Shown one piece after another: positions 27,150 to 39,110 of a DNA stretch of 64,000 nt. The DNA is taken from assembly GCF_036321535.1 (NCBI RefSeq), contig NC_087437.1, positions 80,664,001 through 80,728,000 on the forward strand, given 5' to 3'. The position numbers and the translations under genes were made by a program. The stretch comes from Camelus dromedarius (taxonomy: Eukaryota). Each line of letters starts with the position of its first letter. Within the stretch, counting starts at the first letter, position 1. The notes beneath the pieces were generated by a model. It saw only the letters and a program-made list of their open reading frames with translations, made no database searches and was not told the DNA's origin.

Positions 27150-28409
27150 CTAACTTTTCTGTGAGCGTCTATTTACAGAGCTTCTTGGAAATGAATTAAA
27201 AGTCTTTGACTTCTTCAGTCTGTTAATAAACTCTTGAGAATGCTGAGAAATCTCCAGATAACCAGTATGTTTTCTCCTAGGAACAAACTTCAGAGCCTCT
27301 TCCCAATTACCAGTGTTTTTCAGACATAACAAAATACGTATCATTTGATCTAAGGTGAGATTTTTCGTACCAGTGTCCCACTGTAAATATTTATCTAGTG
27401 GAAGGCATTCTGTTGCCAGCTTCAGCCGTTTTGCCTTGGCTAGGGATATGCCTGGCTGCATATTCTTATCAACCAAAGATCCCACTATATAAATCTTGTC
27501 ATGCTTGAAAGTAGTCATAACATTGGGAGAATCTGCAGTTAAATATATCATATTATCCTTTGGAAATAAATCTACATGAGACATTTCTGTTGCTGTTAAA
27601 AGCAATTTGTTCCACTTTTCTCCATAACGTTTAACTAACTCTCTATGGTAAGCACCACCTGTTTTAAGATTGCAAAAATAAATATGGAAAGGATCGACAT
27701 TTCTCCTGTTCCATCCCTCACTTTCTAAAAGTTGAGAAACAGCATTCTGCAGTTCTTTTGGTTTCATACAGTCATCATAAGCCATGTCAAAAACCAGAGG
27801 TTGTCCAAACTGCATGGCCTGGGCACCCTTCCAGCCCATTGCAATGTCCATATTCCTATCCCAAAGTCGGAGAAATAGAAAGTTTTGCTGTTTATCTTCC
27901 TTAGTGGTTTCTGGTAGCTGATCTTTCTTTACTTGTTCTTTTGCTGCTATTTTCATTTCCTTTTTTATTTGCTTGACTTTTTTCATTTTTTCCCGAATAT
28001 ATAAATATTTTAAATATTTTCTTTTGGATGATTTAGAAACACATTCCATAATGGTTTTGAGCTCTTCTTCACTGATGTGTTCTGGTACGTCTCTGCCAAG
28101 TAGTCTCCACATCTCAATTAGCTCCTTGGTGGCAGCTAGAGGATCTTCATCCTTGCTACTCAAAACTGTTGAAACACCCTCTTCTTGAGCGCTAGATTTC
28201 ATTGTAATTTTCCACCCATCCAACTCCAGCTGTTCAGGAGGTGATGTACTCTCCTTATTAGGGTAGGATGCAGCTGGTATTTTGGAAGACATGTGTCTCT
28301 GCAGAACAGTTGAACATAAAACCCTTCTCTTCCTATGAAGGGTAAATGGCACCAAAACTCTGGCAAAAGGTCTTAAGAAGGTAACACTCATTTTGAGGAA
28401 AATAGGCAT
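27150..28409 (-). CDS. TRMT10C: tRNA methyltransferase 10 homolog C (MRPP1, mitochondrial RNase P subunit), 419 aa, single coding exon
   Basis: Uninterrupted ORF with a basic N-terminal mitochondrial presequence and TRM10 SPOUT motifs ([40 protein letters not shown]). Acceptor cttttatag|G lies 12 nt upstream of the ATG (exon starts at 28421). Confidence 0.97.
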   Translation of the reverse strand: MPIFLKMSVTFLRPFARVLVPFTLHRKRRVLCSTVLQRHMSSKIPAASYPNKESTSPPEQLELDGWKITMKSSAQEEGVSTVLSSKDEDPLAATKELIEMWRLLGRDVPEHISEEELKTIMECVSKSSKRKYLKYLYIREKMKKVKQIKKEMKIAAKEQVKKDQLPETTKEDKQQNFLFLRLWDRNMDIAMGWKGAQAMQFGQPLVFDMAYDDCMKPKELQNAVSQLLESEGWNRRNVDPFHIYFCNLKTGGAYHRELVKRYGEKWNKLLLTATEMSHVDLFPKDNMIYLTADSPNVMTTFKHDKIYIVGSLVDKNMQPGISLAKAKRLKLATECLPLDKYLQWDTGTKNLTLDQMIRILLCLKNTGNWEEALKFVPRRKHTGYLEISQHSQEFINRLKKSKTFNSFPRSSVNRRSQKS

Positions 28410-30339
28410 ATAAGAAAAGCCCTATAAAAGAAGAAAAATATAATGAAAAGTTAAAGATTTTCAAAACCTCTCAACTAACTATGCAAGTAAGTGTAAATGT
28501 GAGACATCAAAATACTGATTTCTGAAACACAAAATGGAATCTTAGTCCAACTTACTTGCTGCACCATTAATTTTTCTTTGACTCCTGTGGCCTGGATCCT
28601 GTGATCACTCACCAGGCAAAAAGTTTAAAACTTATTTGGGTCTTATTTCTGATCTGAATTTCACTACTAATTTAGGCAAAAGGTTACCTTGAAGATCCTT
28701 TTTAGATTTGTATCTAGCTGCCCAGAAGATCAATGTTACTGCATAACAAACTTATGTACCACAGATGTGGCTGAGATAATGGTGCTGTATTCTTCTCCAT
28801 GCTATACTAAGTCCAGATACAGACCCAAACACAAGATCCTCAACAAGCAACACATGAAGACAAAGGGCAGCTAAGTTACAAATGATAACTACTAAAAAGC
28901 ACCTAGCAGTTGCTGCACCCTCATGTTTTCAAAACAGAAATACAGAGAGATCTACTGATCTAAAAACAAAACCTTCCTTCTCCAATTTAGGCTTTATTCT
29001 GCAGCAAATAATGTTACTGCCAAACAAAATACCCCAAATTAGGGTAAATATAAATAAGCTCCACAATTTTATTCTAAAGATATCCACAAAACAATGAAGA
29101 TGCTTAAGTATGTGAAACTAGTGCCAGATTTGAAGGAAAAAAAAAGGCATTAAACTTTTCATAAAATTCAACTAAAATAGTTGAAAAATTCCTTCTTCCC
29201 TTGGCTTCATTTAATGACACTGCATGCTCCTGGGTCTCTGACCTGTGCACTGATGCTCAGATTCCACTTTCCACCCCACACAAGAGGTGGATGTGCTTCT
29301 GAATTCTGTCCTTAGCGCTTTTTTCAATCTAAACATTTTCCCTATGAGCTTGATCTACCTCCTTGGCTTCAATCACCATGACACCTCAAATGCACAAATT
29401 GAAATAAACTCTCTCCGCTCCCTTCCCAAGCTGCTTCTCTTTCTGCATTGTATCAGGAAGGGACACTGCTATCTATCCATTTGCTGAAGCCAGAAACGAG
29501 GTCATTTCATTACTGCTCCCTCTCACACGCACCATACCTAATCCATCTGAATTATATTCATTTACTTTCTAAACACTTGTAGAATCCATTCACTTCTCTT
29601 CAACCCTGTTTTCTTTATTGCATCTCCTAGATTTACTCTCCCTCATCTCTAAGTCATTTGGAGCTAGTGCAAATCTGATCAATACACTGACATCCTCAAT
29701 GTGTATGTTTAAGCCCATTGCTGCCAGGTTAAAGTCTAAACATACATATGACGTATAAAAGTTTTTCATAAAAAACACCCTCTGCTTAACTCTTCAGCTA
29801 CATCTCTAGCTATTCTTCACCTCAAACTTTAGGTCAATTATTCGCCCTACTAGTTCTTTTAGCACCTTGCACTTGTCCACTATAATGCTTGTAATGCTGA
29901 ATTGTAACTACCTGGTTACTTATTTGCCCCACTACACGGTAAACTCTATCAGGACAAGGGCTGTATATTAACACTGAACCCACTGCTTGGCAGTATACGG
30001 CTCACATTTATCACTGAAGATTTTTCGATTAAATACTCAAGGTCAGTGATTCTCACACTTAAAACACATTCAGCCACCTTTTAAAGAAAAAACAATTTAC
30101 TTTAGCCTCCTCGAAACATTTAACAGAGTTCTCAGCCCCAACATGCGAAACATTTATTTCAGAAACAGTCTTTTTTGAGTTTTGTCTTTGTACCTGGTTA
30201 GAATTTTTAGGACATCATAGAAATAAAACCAAAACCCGCCGAACTGAGAAGGTGAACAAAGATACTATTTTGGGATACACTTCTCTTGTTCCAGATATTG
30301 TACTGCTTATAGTCTATTAAATCACTGGGCTTCCTCCTA

Positions 30340-30800
30340 TCTCTGGGCTGCTTAGCGCACATGCGCCACTTAGCGTATCTTAGTTCTCCCGCTTTCTCCC
30401 ACGTCACCACACACACTGGCAGGTGACAAGAAATCCGTCCATACCAGGAGTGCAGACAGGATGTTTCCCACCGGTGCAAATCGCAGGGACCCCAAGAGGA
30501 CGCAGGATTCGGCCGCGAAGCGCTGCCCAGAGATCCGCTCCGCAAACAACCACAGTCCGCCTATCACTCCACGCCGTATCGGTTGCTGACCGAAGAGCCG
30601 CAGCCGGAAGTCCCACCCTTTCTTCCCGGCGCTGCCATAAGACGTCACACCACAAAGGGAACGTCTTCCGGCGTGGAAAAGCGGCACTGTCGTGCAACAC
30701 AGAATTAAAAAATGAAACAAATGTCTCATCTTTCTGAGAGGAGGTAGTTTTGCAAATTGGAGCAAGGCGCCCCCTAAAGTTAGGTTTTTGTCTTCCCACA
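30340..30800 (-). promoter_or_regulatory. TRMT10C CpG-island promoter and non-coding exon 1
   Basis: CpG-rich island about 2 kb upstream of the coding exon. ETS CCGGAAGT at 30604-30611, CRE-like GACGTCA near 30641-30647. Candidate donor CTG|GTATGG at 30445/30444 on minus (uncertain). Confidence 0.8.
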
Positions 30801-31304
30801 AGACCTGTAAGATAGGGACGCTATCTCCCTTGATCTTTGCATTTCAAAAAGATGACTCCCAGCTTTCTGAAGAGACATTCCTGAGTTGTGAGACTGGCAA
30901 GAGGCTTATATAGCCATTATAAATATTTAAGTACATTTTGAAGAGATGGAGAAAGAAATTCTGAAAGAAAAGGGAGAGGGGGAGAAGTCTCTTCCTTTAT
31001 TTTGAACAAGGAGAATTAAATCCCGTTTTTAATTTGTATTTGCCCATAAATTCTGTGGAAGATAACTGGAAGTAACTTGAAAGGTAAGTGAGACGCGCCA
31101 CTTCTTTTCCTACAGGAGGGAAAACCAAATGTGTCAATTCATTTGGATCTTTGGGGCCTTAAAACATGGGCTCAGTCAACAACCCTCTTTTGTTGCTTTC
31201 CTCAGGGGAGGAACTTTAGGCCAGATGAGAGTCCATCATAACTTTCACCTCTCAAGAAACAAATTTAACTTTATTACCTCTCTGGCCACCCCTAGTCTTT
31301 CTAA

Positions 31305-31484
31305 CAGTGGTTCATACAGTGTGGTTCCCAGACCTGTAGCGGCAGCATCCCCAGGGAACTAGTCAAAAGGCAAATTTTTGTCCCCACCTGCCAGTTCTAC
31401 TGAATCAGGAACTCTGGCAGTGACAGCTAGTAATCTTTGTCTTAAAACCTCCAGGTTATCTTGACATACTTTAGAGAACCACTG
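31305..31484. mobile_element. MER5A-like hAT-Charlie MITE
   Basis: TIRs cagtggttc ... gaaccactg, about 180 bp, with typical internal ggcagcatc and ctactgaatcaggaactctg. Confidence 0.75.
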
Positions 31485-32699
31485 CTTTTGAAGAAACATT
31501 GAAAAGGAAGTAAGAGAATTTCTTGCTTTCTTCTTTAACAGAGACTTGTCATAGCAAATTTGCAAACAGTATGTTCTTTTTTTTTTTTTTCATTAAGATG
31601 TGTTTAGTATTGGGAAGTGAAACATAAATTTTGGTGTGGTTGGCTTACAAACATTGATCACAGTCTATTACCTCTGTTTTCCACAAGAAGGGAAAAAAAT
31701 CATCACATAGTGATGTTAGAAGGTTTTAGGAATTTCCTGAAGGGCTCCTATATCGGTCTTTTCTCTATCAGGACACATTTCTGTTCTGCAACTTATAGTC
31801 CAAAATCTGGAGATGTGCTTTTTTGGCTTCAAGCTGCAGAAATAGGTCAACAGCAGAAGTCAAAGTAAGAGAATAGTTTAGGGTGACCCTAGGAGAGAAA
31901 GTTTAAAAATCTTTATTTTCAACACAAGTGTTTGTGGCAAAAATGCTGATGTTTTGTGGAGAAAGAGGAAATCAGTTTTTAAATACACAGACCTGTTTAT
32001 CAAAACAAGAAAAAAATTTTAAATGACAGGATGAATATGCTCCCAGAGCCAAGATATTCTTATAACCAACAACTGAGTTGCTGCTATACCATTAGTTGCA
32101 GTTGGCATCATTTCTGATGTGGTAGTCTGAAATATGTCCCCAATTCTTTGACACTCTCAAGAGGTAGAGCCTAATTCCTCCTCCCTTGGACTTAGTAATT
32201 TACTTCTAACAAATAGAAAAAAAGTTGACCAGTATGCGACCTCAGAGAGATTATAAAAAGCAGTGTAGTTTCCTGCTTCCTCATTTACCTGGCTGATTCA
32301 TCCTGGGAGAAGTGAGCTGTCATGATATGAGGATATTCAAGTGACAAAGAATCTCCTTGACCAAACTTTACTTAGGCTCCTTTGAGCCCTCTTCTGGATT
32401 AGTTTTTGATCTTGGCCTTCTGTGAGACTGCAAGAATCCTGCTTCGTCATCCTCTGACCTTGGGTTCCTCTCTTATTCAGGTATGGGCAGAGCTAAAAAA
32501 ATAATTTGCAACCTGTTCCTTTTTTTTTTCTTTCAAAATTTCTGGAACCACCAAAATAAATTTGTCAATGATAGTCCCTATTTAGAAAATAGTATTTTTA
32601 TCCAACTAGTTGGTCAAGTTAAAAATCTGGTCCTTGTTTTTTCTCCTTATTCCTGACCTCCACTCACAAAATGTCATTCATTGGAAGAATTAAGCATTT

Positions 32700-33325
32700 C
32701 TCTGCAAATCAAAATCACAATGAAATATCATCTCATACCTGTCAGAATGGCTATCATCAAAAAGTCTATAAATAACAAATGTTGGAGAGGGTGTGGAGAA
32801 ATAGGAACCCTCATACACTGTTGGGAATGTAAATTGGTGCAGCCACTATGTAAACAGTATGGAGGTTTCTTAAAAAGGTAGAAATAGAACTACCATATGA
32901 CCTAGCAATCCATTCCTTGGCATATATCCAGAAAAAACAAAAACACTAATTCAAAAAGATAATGCACCCCAATGTTCATAGAAGCACTAAATACGACATG
33001 GAGGCAATCTAAGTGCCTATCAACAGATGATTAAGATGTGTATATGTGTGTATAAAATATAATGCAATATTACTCAACCATATAAAAGAATGAAGTATTG
33101 CCATTTGCAGCAACATGGGTAGAACTAAAGAATATTATGCTTAGTGAAATAAGTCAGAGAAATACAAATACTGTATATTACCAAATGTGGAATCTTAAAA
33201 AAAAACAAAACCGAATGTATATGTAGAACAGAAACAGACTCACAGATATAGAAAACAAACTTACAGTTACCAAAGGGGAGAGGAAGGGGGAGGGACGATT
33301 TAGGGGCATGGGATACAAACTACTA
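32700..33325 (+). mobile_element. L1 fragment (ORF2 C-terminus plus 3'UTR)
   Basis: Translates as [40 protein letters not shown], the canonical L1 ORF2 C-terminal region, with frameshifts. Confidence 0.9.
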
Positions 33326-33373
33326 GTGAGTAAGCTGCCTCTGTTTACTTCTCTGTCTTAACTTTGCAGCTTC

Positions 33374-33822
33374 TGACAAAACCCCTCTCTTTAACCAAAT
33401 CTAAGTCTGGCTTCTCTGAGCCCTCTTGAGTAGGTTTGACATTGGGTTCTGCCCTTGGTCTGCTTAATCCAGTTTTAGCAAGAATTCTGCTGAGTCAGTG
33501 AAAACCTCCCACTTTTGGTACCTGAACATCCTCTGTTATAACTGATAAAATTCTTCATCCTCCACTCTCAATACCTTACCTCCCTGACCTGCCTTCAGTA
33601 AGAATCCTGTTGAGTTGGTCTAGCAAGACTCTCTACTACCTATATTTTAGTAATTTTCCATTCACTAACCCTTGGATATAAATCTCTCTCCACCCCAACT
33701 TGTCTGTGTTTGAAGGTAAGCCTGATCTATCTCCCCTACAAAACCCCAATTGCACCAACCCCTTTTGAATACATCTTCCTTACTGTCTTTAATAAATGTC
33801 ATGAATAATTTTTTTCTTTAAC
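33374..33822 (+). mobile_element. ERV1-like solo LTR
   Basis: TG...CA termini (tgacaaaa ... tttaaca), TATA-like gatataaa near 33676, aataaa near 33791. A related partial 5' end lies at 32342-32460. Confidence 0.6.
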
Positions 33823-34169
33823 ACTACTCCCCCGTAATCTTTTAGCTCTTGCTGAATAGGACTTCCTTCTCCTGTCTCAGGATATTTGCACCTGTGATTC
33901 CTTTGCCAATGACTTTGTTTTCCCGGCTAACTGCTATTTTTCAAACTAAGCATCATTTTCTTGAGCTTTTTCCCTAACCCCCAAGACTGTTAGCTCTCAT
34001 GCTAGAATGTCCACAACCCCTTTTCCCTAACACTCTTCAGTGCTTGCAATTTGTTGTTAATTGTGAACTCCATAAAGATAAAGGCAATGTTGGCCTTGTC
34101 TGCCAGTGTTCCCAAAATCTAGTATTGACTGTACATAGTAGATACTCGAATATTATGTGAAGGTATGAG

Positions 34170-34233
34170 TAAACACACACACACAAGACCAAACTTAAAA
34201 AAAAATAAAGAATGGAGTTCGCTAATGTTTAAT
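34170..34233 (-). terminator. Candidate FAM172B polyadenylation signal
   Basis: Minus-strand ATTAAA at 34233-34228, about 350 nt after the stop, followed by a (TG)n GU-rich tract near 34185-34172. Confidence 0.45.
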
Positions 34234-34586
34234 TTTTATGTTCACTTATTTTAATATGGCATCAATAATGTAAATCAAATATTGACTTAATATGTAATTC
34301 CTATCAAGTACAGTTTTGATGTCATTCTATTAAACTGTAAGAAATCTTTTCAATAGAAGATTCTCTAACTTTACTACTCTTAACGTGTAAAATATTAATG
34401 ATGGTATTGACTGACTTCCTGGTTCATAGGCTACAAAAGAGAACATATTCATGTTTTTAAAAAGTAACAAATCAAATTTCAAACAAGAACATAATATTGC
34501 ATATGAGCTGGAAGTGTTCTTTTTCTTCTACATTAGCAAAGTTTCTCCACGGGACAAAAAAAAATCTTAGATGACAAAAAAGTAAG

Positions 34587-35681
34587 TTAAGCACTTTGCT
34601 TTCTTTTTGTGGAGCTTCTAGTTACTATTGGCATTCGAGATAAATTAACAGCTTTTTTGGCTCTTAAAGCTTTTCTAAAGTATTTAAAAATTGACTGAAG
34701 GCTAAAGGAAGGGGCTAAGTTGTGTTCTTCTGTACCAGCAGAAACCATAGGAAACTCCTTTTTCAAAATGGTAGCTACAGGTTTATCCAGAGTCTTCGGA
34801 CTCGTCACCCATTCACAGCAGTGGTGCTTGATCCATGCTAATAACTGGATGTCATTCCCCAGTTGGTGTCCTATGTGATGTTCAGAGTCAATAAGTGCAA
34901 CAGCATATACTTTGCTCATCACTTCCCACTTTCTACGTACGAGCAAGTCCATAAAAACCAAGCCTCCATAACCATGTACAATGAAGGCAACATCCTTGCC
35001 TTCAGTCTTTGAAATGAAGTAATCCCAAATGTAAGCCATGTGTTCTTCAGGGGAGTTGCTGCATCTTTTTGGAAGGCACTGGAGAGACTGCTGGAGAGAG
35101 AAAAGGCTCTCAGCCTGAACCATTTCTCTGGAAGAGGACTCAACATTTGGTGTTAAAAGGCCCTTCCACTCTTTTTCTGTCTTTAGGTCCACAGAATTGT
35201 CATTGGGATTTAGCACAATTACATCATAATGTGCCTGCAATGCCATCTGAATACATGGTATCTGACTTCCATGTTGGAGACCATGATGAATTATTGCCTG
35301 TTGACTCCACTGACCAGCTCTAAAGACCCCATGATCTTGAAGAACGACAAGAAGAGCAGAATGATGATCTGTTAAAGCTCTCTCACTCATGAAAAAGAAG
35401 CTTCTTGGTTCCTTATCTGCCTCTGGTGGGATATATACTCTTTGTAATTTGCACACTTTCTCCAAAAGTACATAAATGTATTGTTCAAGCAAATGGCCCA
35501 GGGCCTGGTAGCGCTTGCTATTCCTCTCCAGGACATTTTTATAATAGTTAAAGATGAAAGGCCTATGCGTCTCAATGTGTCTCAATTCAGCTTTTTCATT
35601 GAAGTCATATTTAAGTTCTTCTAGTAAGTCAGACTGTTCAATAAATTTTTGGAAGCTCAGTTCTTGAGTTACTGGTAACCA
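34587..35681 (-). CDS. FAM172B: FAM172B / ARB2B-like protein, main coding exon (WLPVTQELSFQKFIEQSDLLEELKYDFNEKAELRHIETHRPF...TRSSTKRKQSA*)
   Basis: 364 open codons from the acceptor (branch-like ctgac, tttttactttcag|TGG at 35681) to TAA. FAM172/Arb2 motifs present: FNEK..LRH, RAGQW, VIVLNPND, SPEEH, HxYGG, VSAGT..H. The position between SENP7 and TRMT10C matches human FAM172BP. The ORF-track start at 35585 is a TTG, not an ATG. Confidence 0.88.
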   Translation of the reverse strand, partial: WLPVTQELSFQKFIEQSDLLEELKYDFNEKAELRHIETHRPFIFNYYKNVLERNSKRYQALGHLLEQYIYVLLEKVCKLQRVYIPPEADKEPRSFFFMSERALTDHHSALLVVLQDHGVFRAGQWSQQAIIHHGLQHGSQIPCIQMALQAHYDVIVLNPNDNSVDLKTEKEWKGLLTPNVESSSREMVQAESLFSLQQSLQCLPKRCSNSPEEHMAYIWDYFISKTEGKDVAFIVHGYGGLVFMDLLVRRKWEVMSKVYAVALIDSEHHIGHQLGNDIQLLAWIKHHCCEWVTSPKTLDKPVATILKKEFPMVSAGTEEHNLAPSFSLQSIFKYFRKALRAKKAVNLSRMPIVTRSSTKRKQSA

Positions 35682-35864
35682 CTGAAAGTAAAAAGCAATA
35701 ATATGTCAGTGTTAAAAAAATTCAGCTTGCTAAATTCTTCCTGTGGGAAATCATGCTAAATTAAGCACTTCATGAAGACATTAACCTTTTATCTTTACCT
35801 TTATTATGGTAAAGATTTTAAGTCAAAATAAATGTGAACTATGCAAAGTAGTGAGAGACTGAAT

Positions 35865-36405
35865 ACACTAAGGGACAGTGGTCAGGCCATATATAAAAAC
35901 AGAATTCTGACCCGTAATGTGTAGCAATTTGCCCAGAAAGCCAATCCCTTATCTATTATAAACAGCCCAGGAAAAAGCCAGTCTTATTAAGTCAGACTTG
36001 CAGGAAGTCAGGTTGCTACCTCTAGCGACAATCTGAGAAGCTGAACAATAACTTCTGTTACAATTGGCCCCAAATGGCCAAGACTTGATTAATAACTTAG
36101 AGCTTCCCAATTTTTACCCCTGCTTCCAATTTAGGATCCACCAGAGAAAGCCAAATATGTACCCCGAATCAGTGACATAGGATGCCTCCCTCTGGTTAGC
36201 TTGCCTACAGCTTCCTCATGCCAACAGCATCCAGTTAGGACACACCAGCAACCTTCCCTTTTTTCCACTAAAAAGCTTCTCCACTCCTCTGAGTCCTCTC
36301 CTTTGAGTCCTGTCACTCTGCAAGTGATGGTGGCTGATTCCCTTGCTATGGTGAGCTCAGAATGAATAGGTTTTGCTTTTCTCATTTGGTTGGTCTTTGT
36401 TTATT
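35865..36405 (+). mobile_element. ERV-like LTR remnant just upstream of the FAM172B main exon
   Basis: LTR-like composition (aagtcagacttgcaggaagtcag, ctaaaaagcttctcc, U5-like gaataggttttgctttt). Family not resolved. Confidence 0.45.
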
Positions 36406-38624
36406 TCATTTAAGCATTAAAATTTTTTTCTATTGAATAAATGGCACGGGATGGCAGTGAGAGTGAAACATGAACTAGGCATTGTATATTATGACCAATT
36501 TATCTAATAGAAGATATGGTTATTCTGATTATTGTGAGAAGAAAAAAAGTGGCTGACTGAGAAGTTAAGACAGTTATTGTGGACAGAACCCAAAGGGAAA
36601 AGAAAAGACTTTGAAAAGTAACTGACTTGCTCTAAAGGCAAATACCCAACAAGTACTTTATGAAGGTAGTTGTCCAAAGCATGAAACTTATTTAGACTGC
36701 TCTTGATTTACCATTCCATTAAAAACTTTCTCTTATGGTGTTGCTCATACCAGGTGCTGTTATGTAGTTAATATCTTCTCAGAGTATAAATGACAGATAG
36801 GCCTGACCATACTTTAAAAGGAGAAGCCTCTGGAATTAGATTGATTTAGGTTTAAATCCTAGCTCCACATTTTAAGTTGAGTGACTTTTAGCAGATTTCT
36901 TAACCTCTATATGAGTTTCAGTTTCTTCAACTTCTGACTTTTAGTTTATACTCTCTGAAACAGCAATCTCCATCCTGCTACTCTGCTTTATTTTTCTTCC
37001 TAGCCTACATTACCACCTGACATATAATTGTTTGTATATTTAAAAATTATGTCTCCCTTCACTAGAATGAAAGCTCTATGAGAACAGGAACTTTAATTAA
37101 CTGCTCTATCTTCAGTACTTTCAAAGCGTCTGGCACAAATTATATAATTTTTTTTTTGAAAAAAGAAAAAAATTTTGAATGAATAAATGCAAAATACCAT
37201 AACATCATTTATTTCACCAGGCTGCTGAGAGAATTAACTGTAGGTAAAAACCATTTTATGTAGTGTCTCATTAATGGAAAGTTCTTTGAAATTAGATATT
37301 GGATGATCTTCCTTTTTGAGAAATGTGAAATAAAAAAAAATGTATCTCTTGCTGAGCCTGCCTTAGTCACTCAACATTGTGATTTTTATCCACATTAATA
37401 GTCATTCATTTCATTTTATCTATTTATAGTGTTATGTTGCTTGAATATGCCATAGTTTGTTTAACCATTTTCTTGTTTAAGACCATTTAGGTTACTCCAG
37501 TTTTCCATGATTATAAGCAAAGCTGCAACAAACATTCTTCAAGCTATATTTTTGTGCATATATCAAGGGTTTCTCTAGGAAATATACCTAGAAGTGGAAA
37601 TTCTAGGTCATAGCATCATATTCTATTTTACTAGATATTGCCAAACTGCTCTCTCAAAAAGGAAGATCTATTTTATAATTTGGCATGGATGAGGAGGTTT
37701 GCACAGAAAAGCAGTAATCTCTTAGATTTAAAAATACTTTGTTTATTCAGGTGCTGTGCTGAAAATTGCCTTTTTCTGTACTGAAATAAAGAGAAAGGTA
37801 CTGAATATTTAAAACTCAACAAACTAAACCTAACCCAACTAAACTAAACCAACGAACTAAAGAATCTTGTTAGCTAACTTTCTTTCAATCCCAGTTAAAT
37901 AAACAAAATCAGTATTTTCTAATAGCACACAGTATACAGCATTCAGTTACTCTCTTTCAACTTTATTAAGCGCTTGTGTACCTAACTGAGAGACAATTCT
38001 CCAGGGGAAAGAATGGGCATTTGCAAACTGGAAGACCAAAATGGCACACAGATATATAAAGGACAGGTATAGGTGAGGTGAACAGGAGCAAGGGGGGGGG
38101 AGAGTATCTTGTAGAATGAAAAGGTAGACAGTTCTCTAGAGTTCACTGTAGCACATTTTGCTTGGCTAATATATTCCAACATGTAACTCTCCCCTGAATT
38201 CATATCTGTTTATGTGATATATTTACTTTAATGTCAAATAGCCATCTCAAACTTAATGCGCCCAAAGCACTCCCTTCAATCTACTCTCACTCTCATCTTG
38301 CCCATCTTAGTTAGTGATAACTCCATTCTTTCAGTTGCCAGTGCTGCAAACTTCTTTTCTCTTTCACACATCTCATCTGATCAATTAGCAAGTCTACAGG
38401 CTCTCTTATTTGAAATATATCTGAAATCTAATCACCTATCACCCCTCCCTCTCTACTCCCCTAGCTCTAGTCCAAGTCACTATCAACACTCACCTTCATT
38501 ATTAAGCTTCCTATCCAATCTCTTTGCCTAAACTCTTATTTCCTGGCATGTGGCTAGGATGATCTTTTCAAAACATCTACATTAGATCCCACACCGCTGC
38601 TCAAAATTCTCAGTTGTCTCCTCT

Positions 38625-39110
38625 TTTTCCTTTTGTTTTAAATTGAAGTATAGTCAGTTTACAATGTTGTGTTAATTTCTAGTGTACAGCATAATAGTTC
38701 AGTCATATATATAATACATATATTCATTTTCATATTCTTTTTCATTATAGGTTACTATAAGGTATTGAATATAGTTCCCTGTGCTATATAGTATAAACTT
38801 ACTGTTTATCTGTTTTATATATAGTAGTTAGTATCTGTAAATCTTGAACTCCCAATTTATCCCTTCCCACTCCCTTCCCTCCCTGGTAACCTTAAGTTTG
38901 TTTTCTATGTCTGTGAGTCTGTTTCTGTTTTATAAATAAGTTCTTTTTTTTTAGATTTTTAAAAGATTATTTAGATATAAGTGACATCATATAGTATTTT
39001 TCTTTCTCTTTCTGGCTTACTTCACTTAGAATAACACTCTCCAGGTCGCAAATGGCATTATTTTATTTTTTATGGCTGAGTACTATTCCATTGTATAAAT
39101 ATACCATAGC
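38625..39110 (-). mobile_element. L1 3' end fragment
   Basis: Closely parallels 51770-52230 (ttgaagtatagtcagtttacaatgttg...tggctgagtactattccattgtataaatatacca). Confidence 0.85.

Noticed and set aside
30207..30801. ORFs of 104-143 aa at the TRMT10C promoter
   Set aside because: GC-rich promoter/5'UTR with no recognisable protein similarity.
35583..35585. ORF-track start (MRHIETH) for FAM172B
   Set aside because: It is a TTG (Leu) codon. The frame and family similarity continue 32 codons upstream to a splice acceptor.
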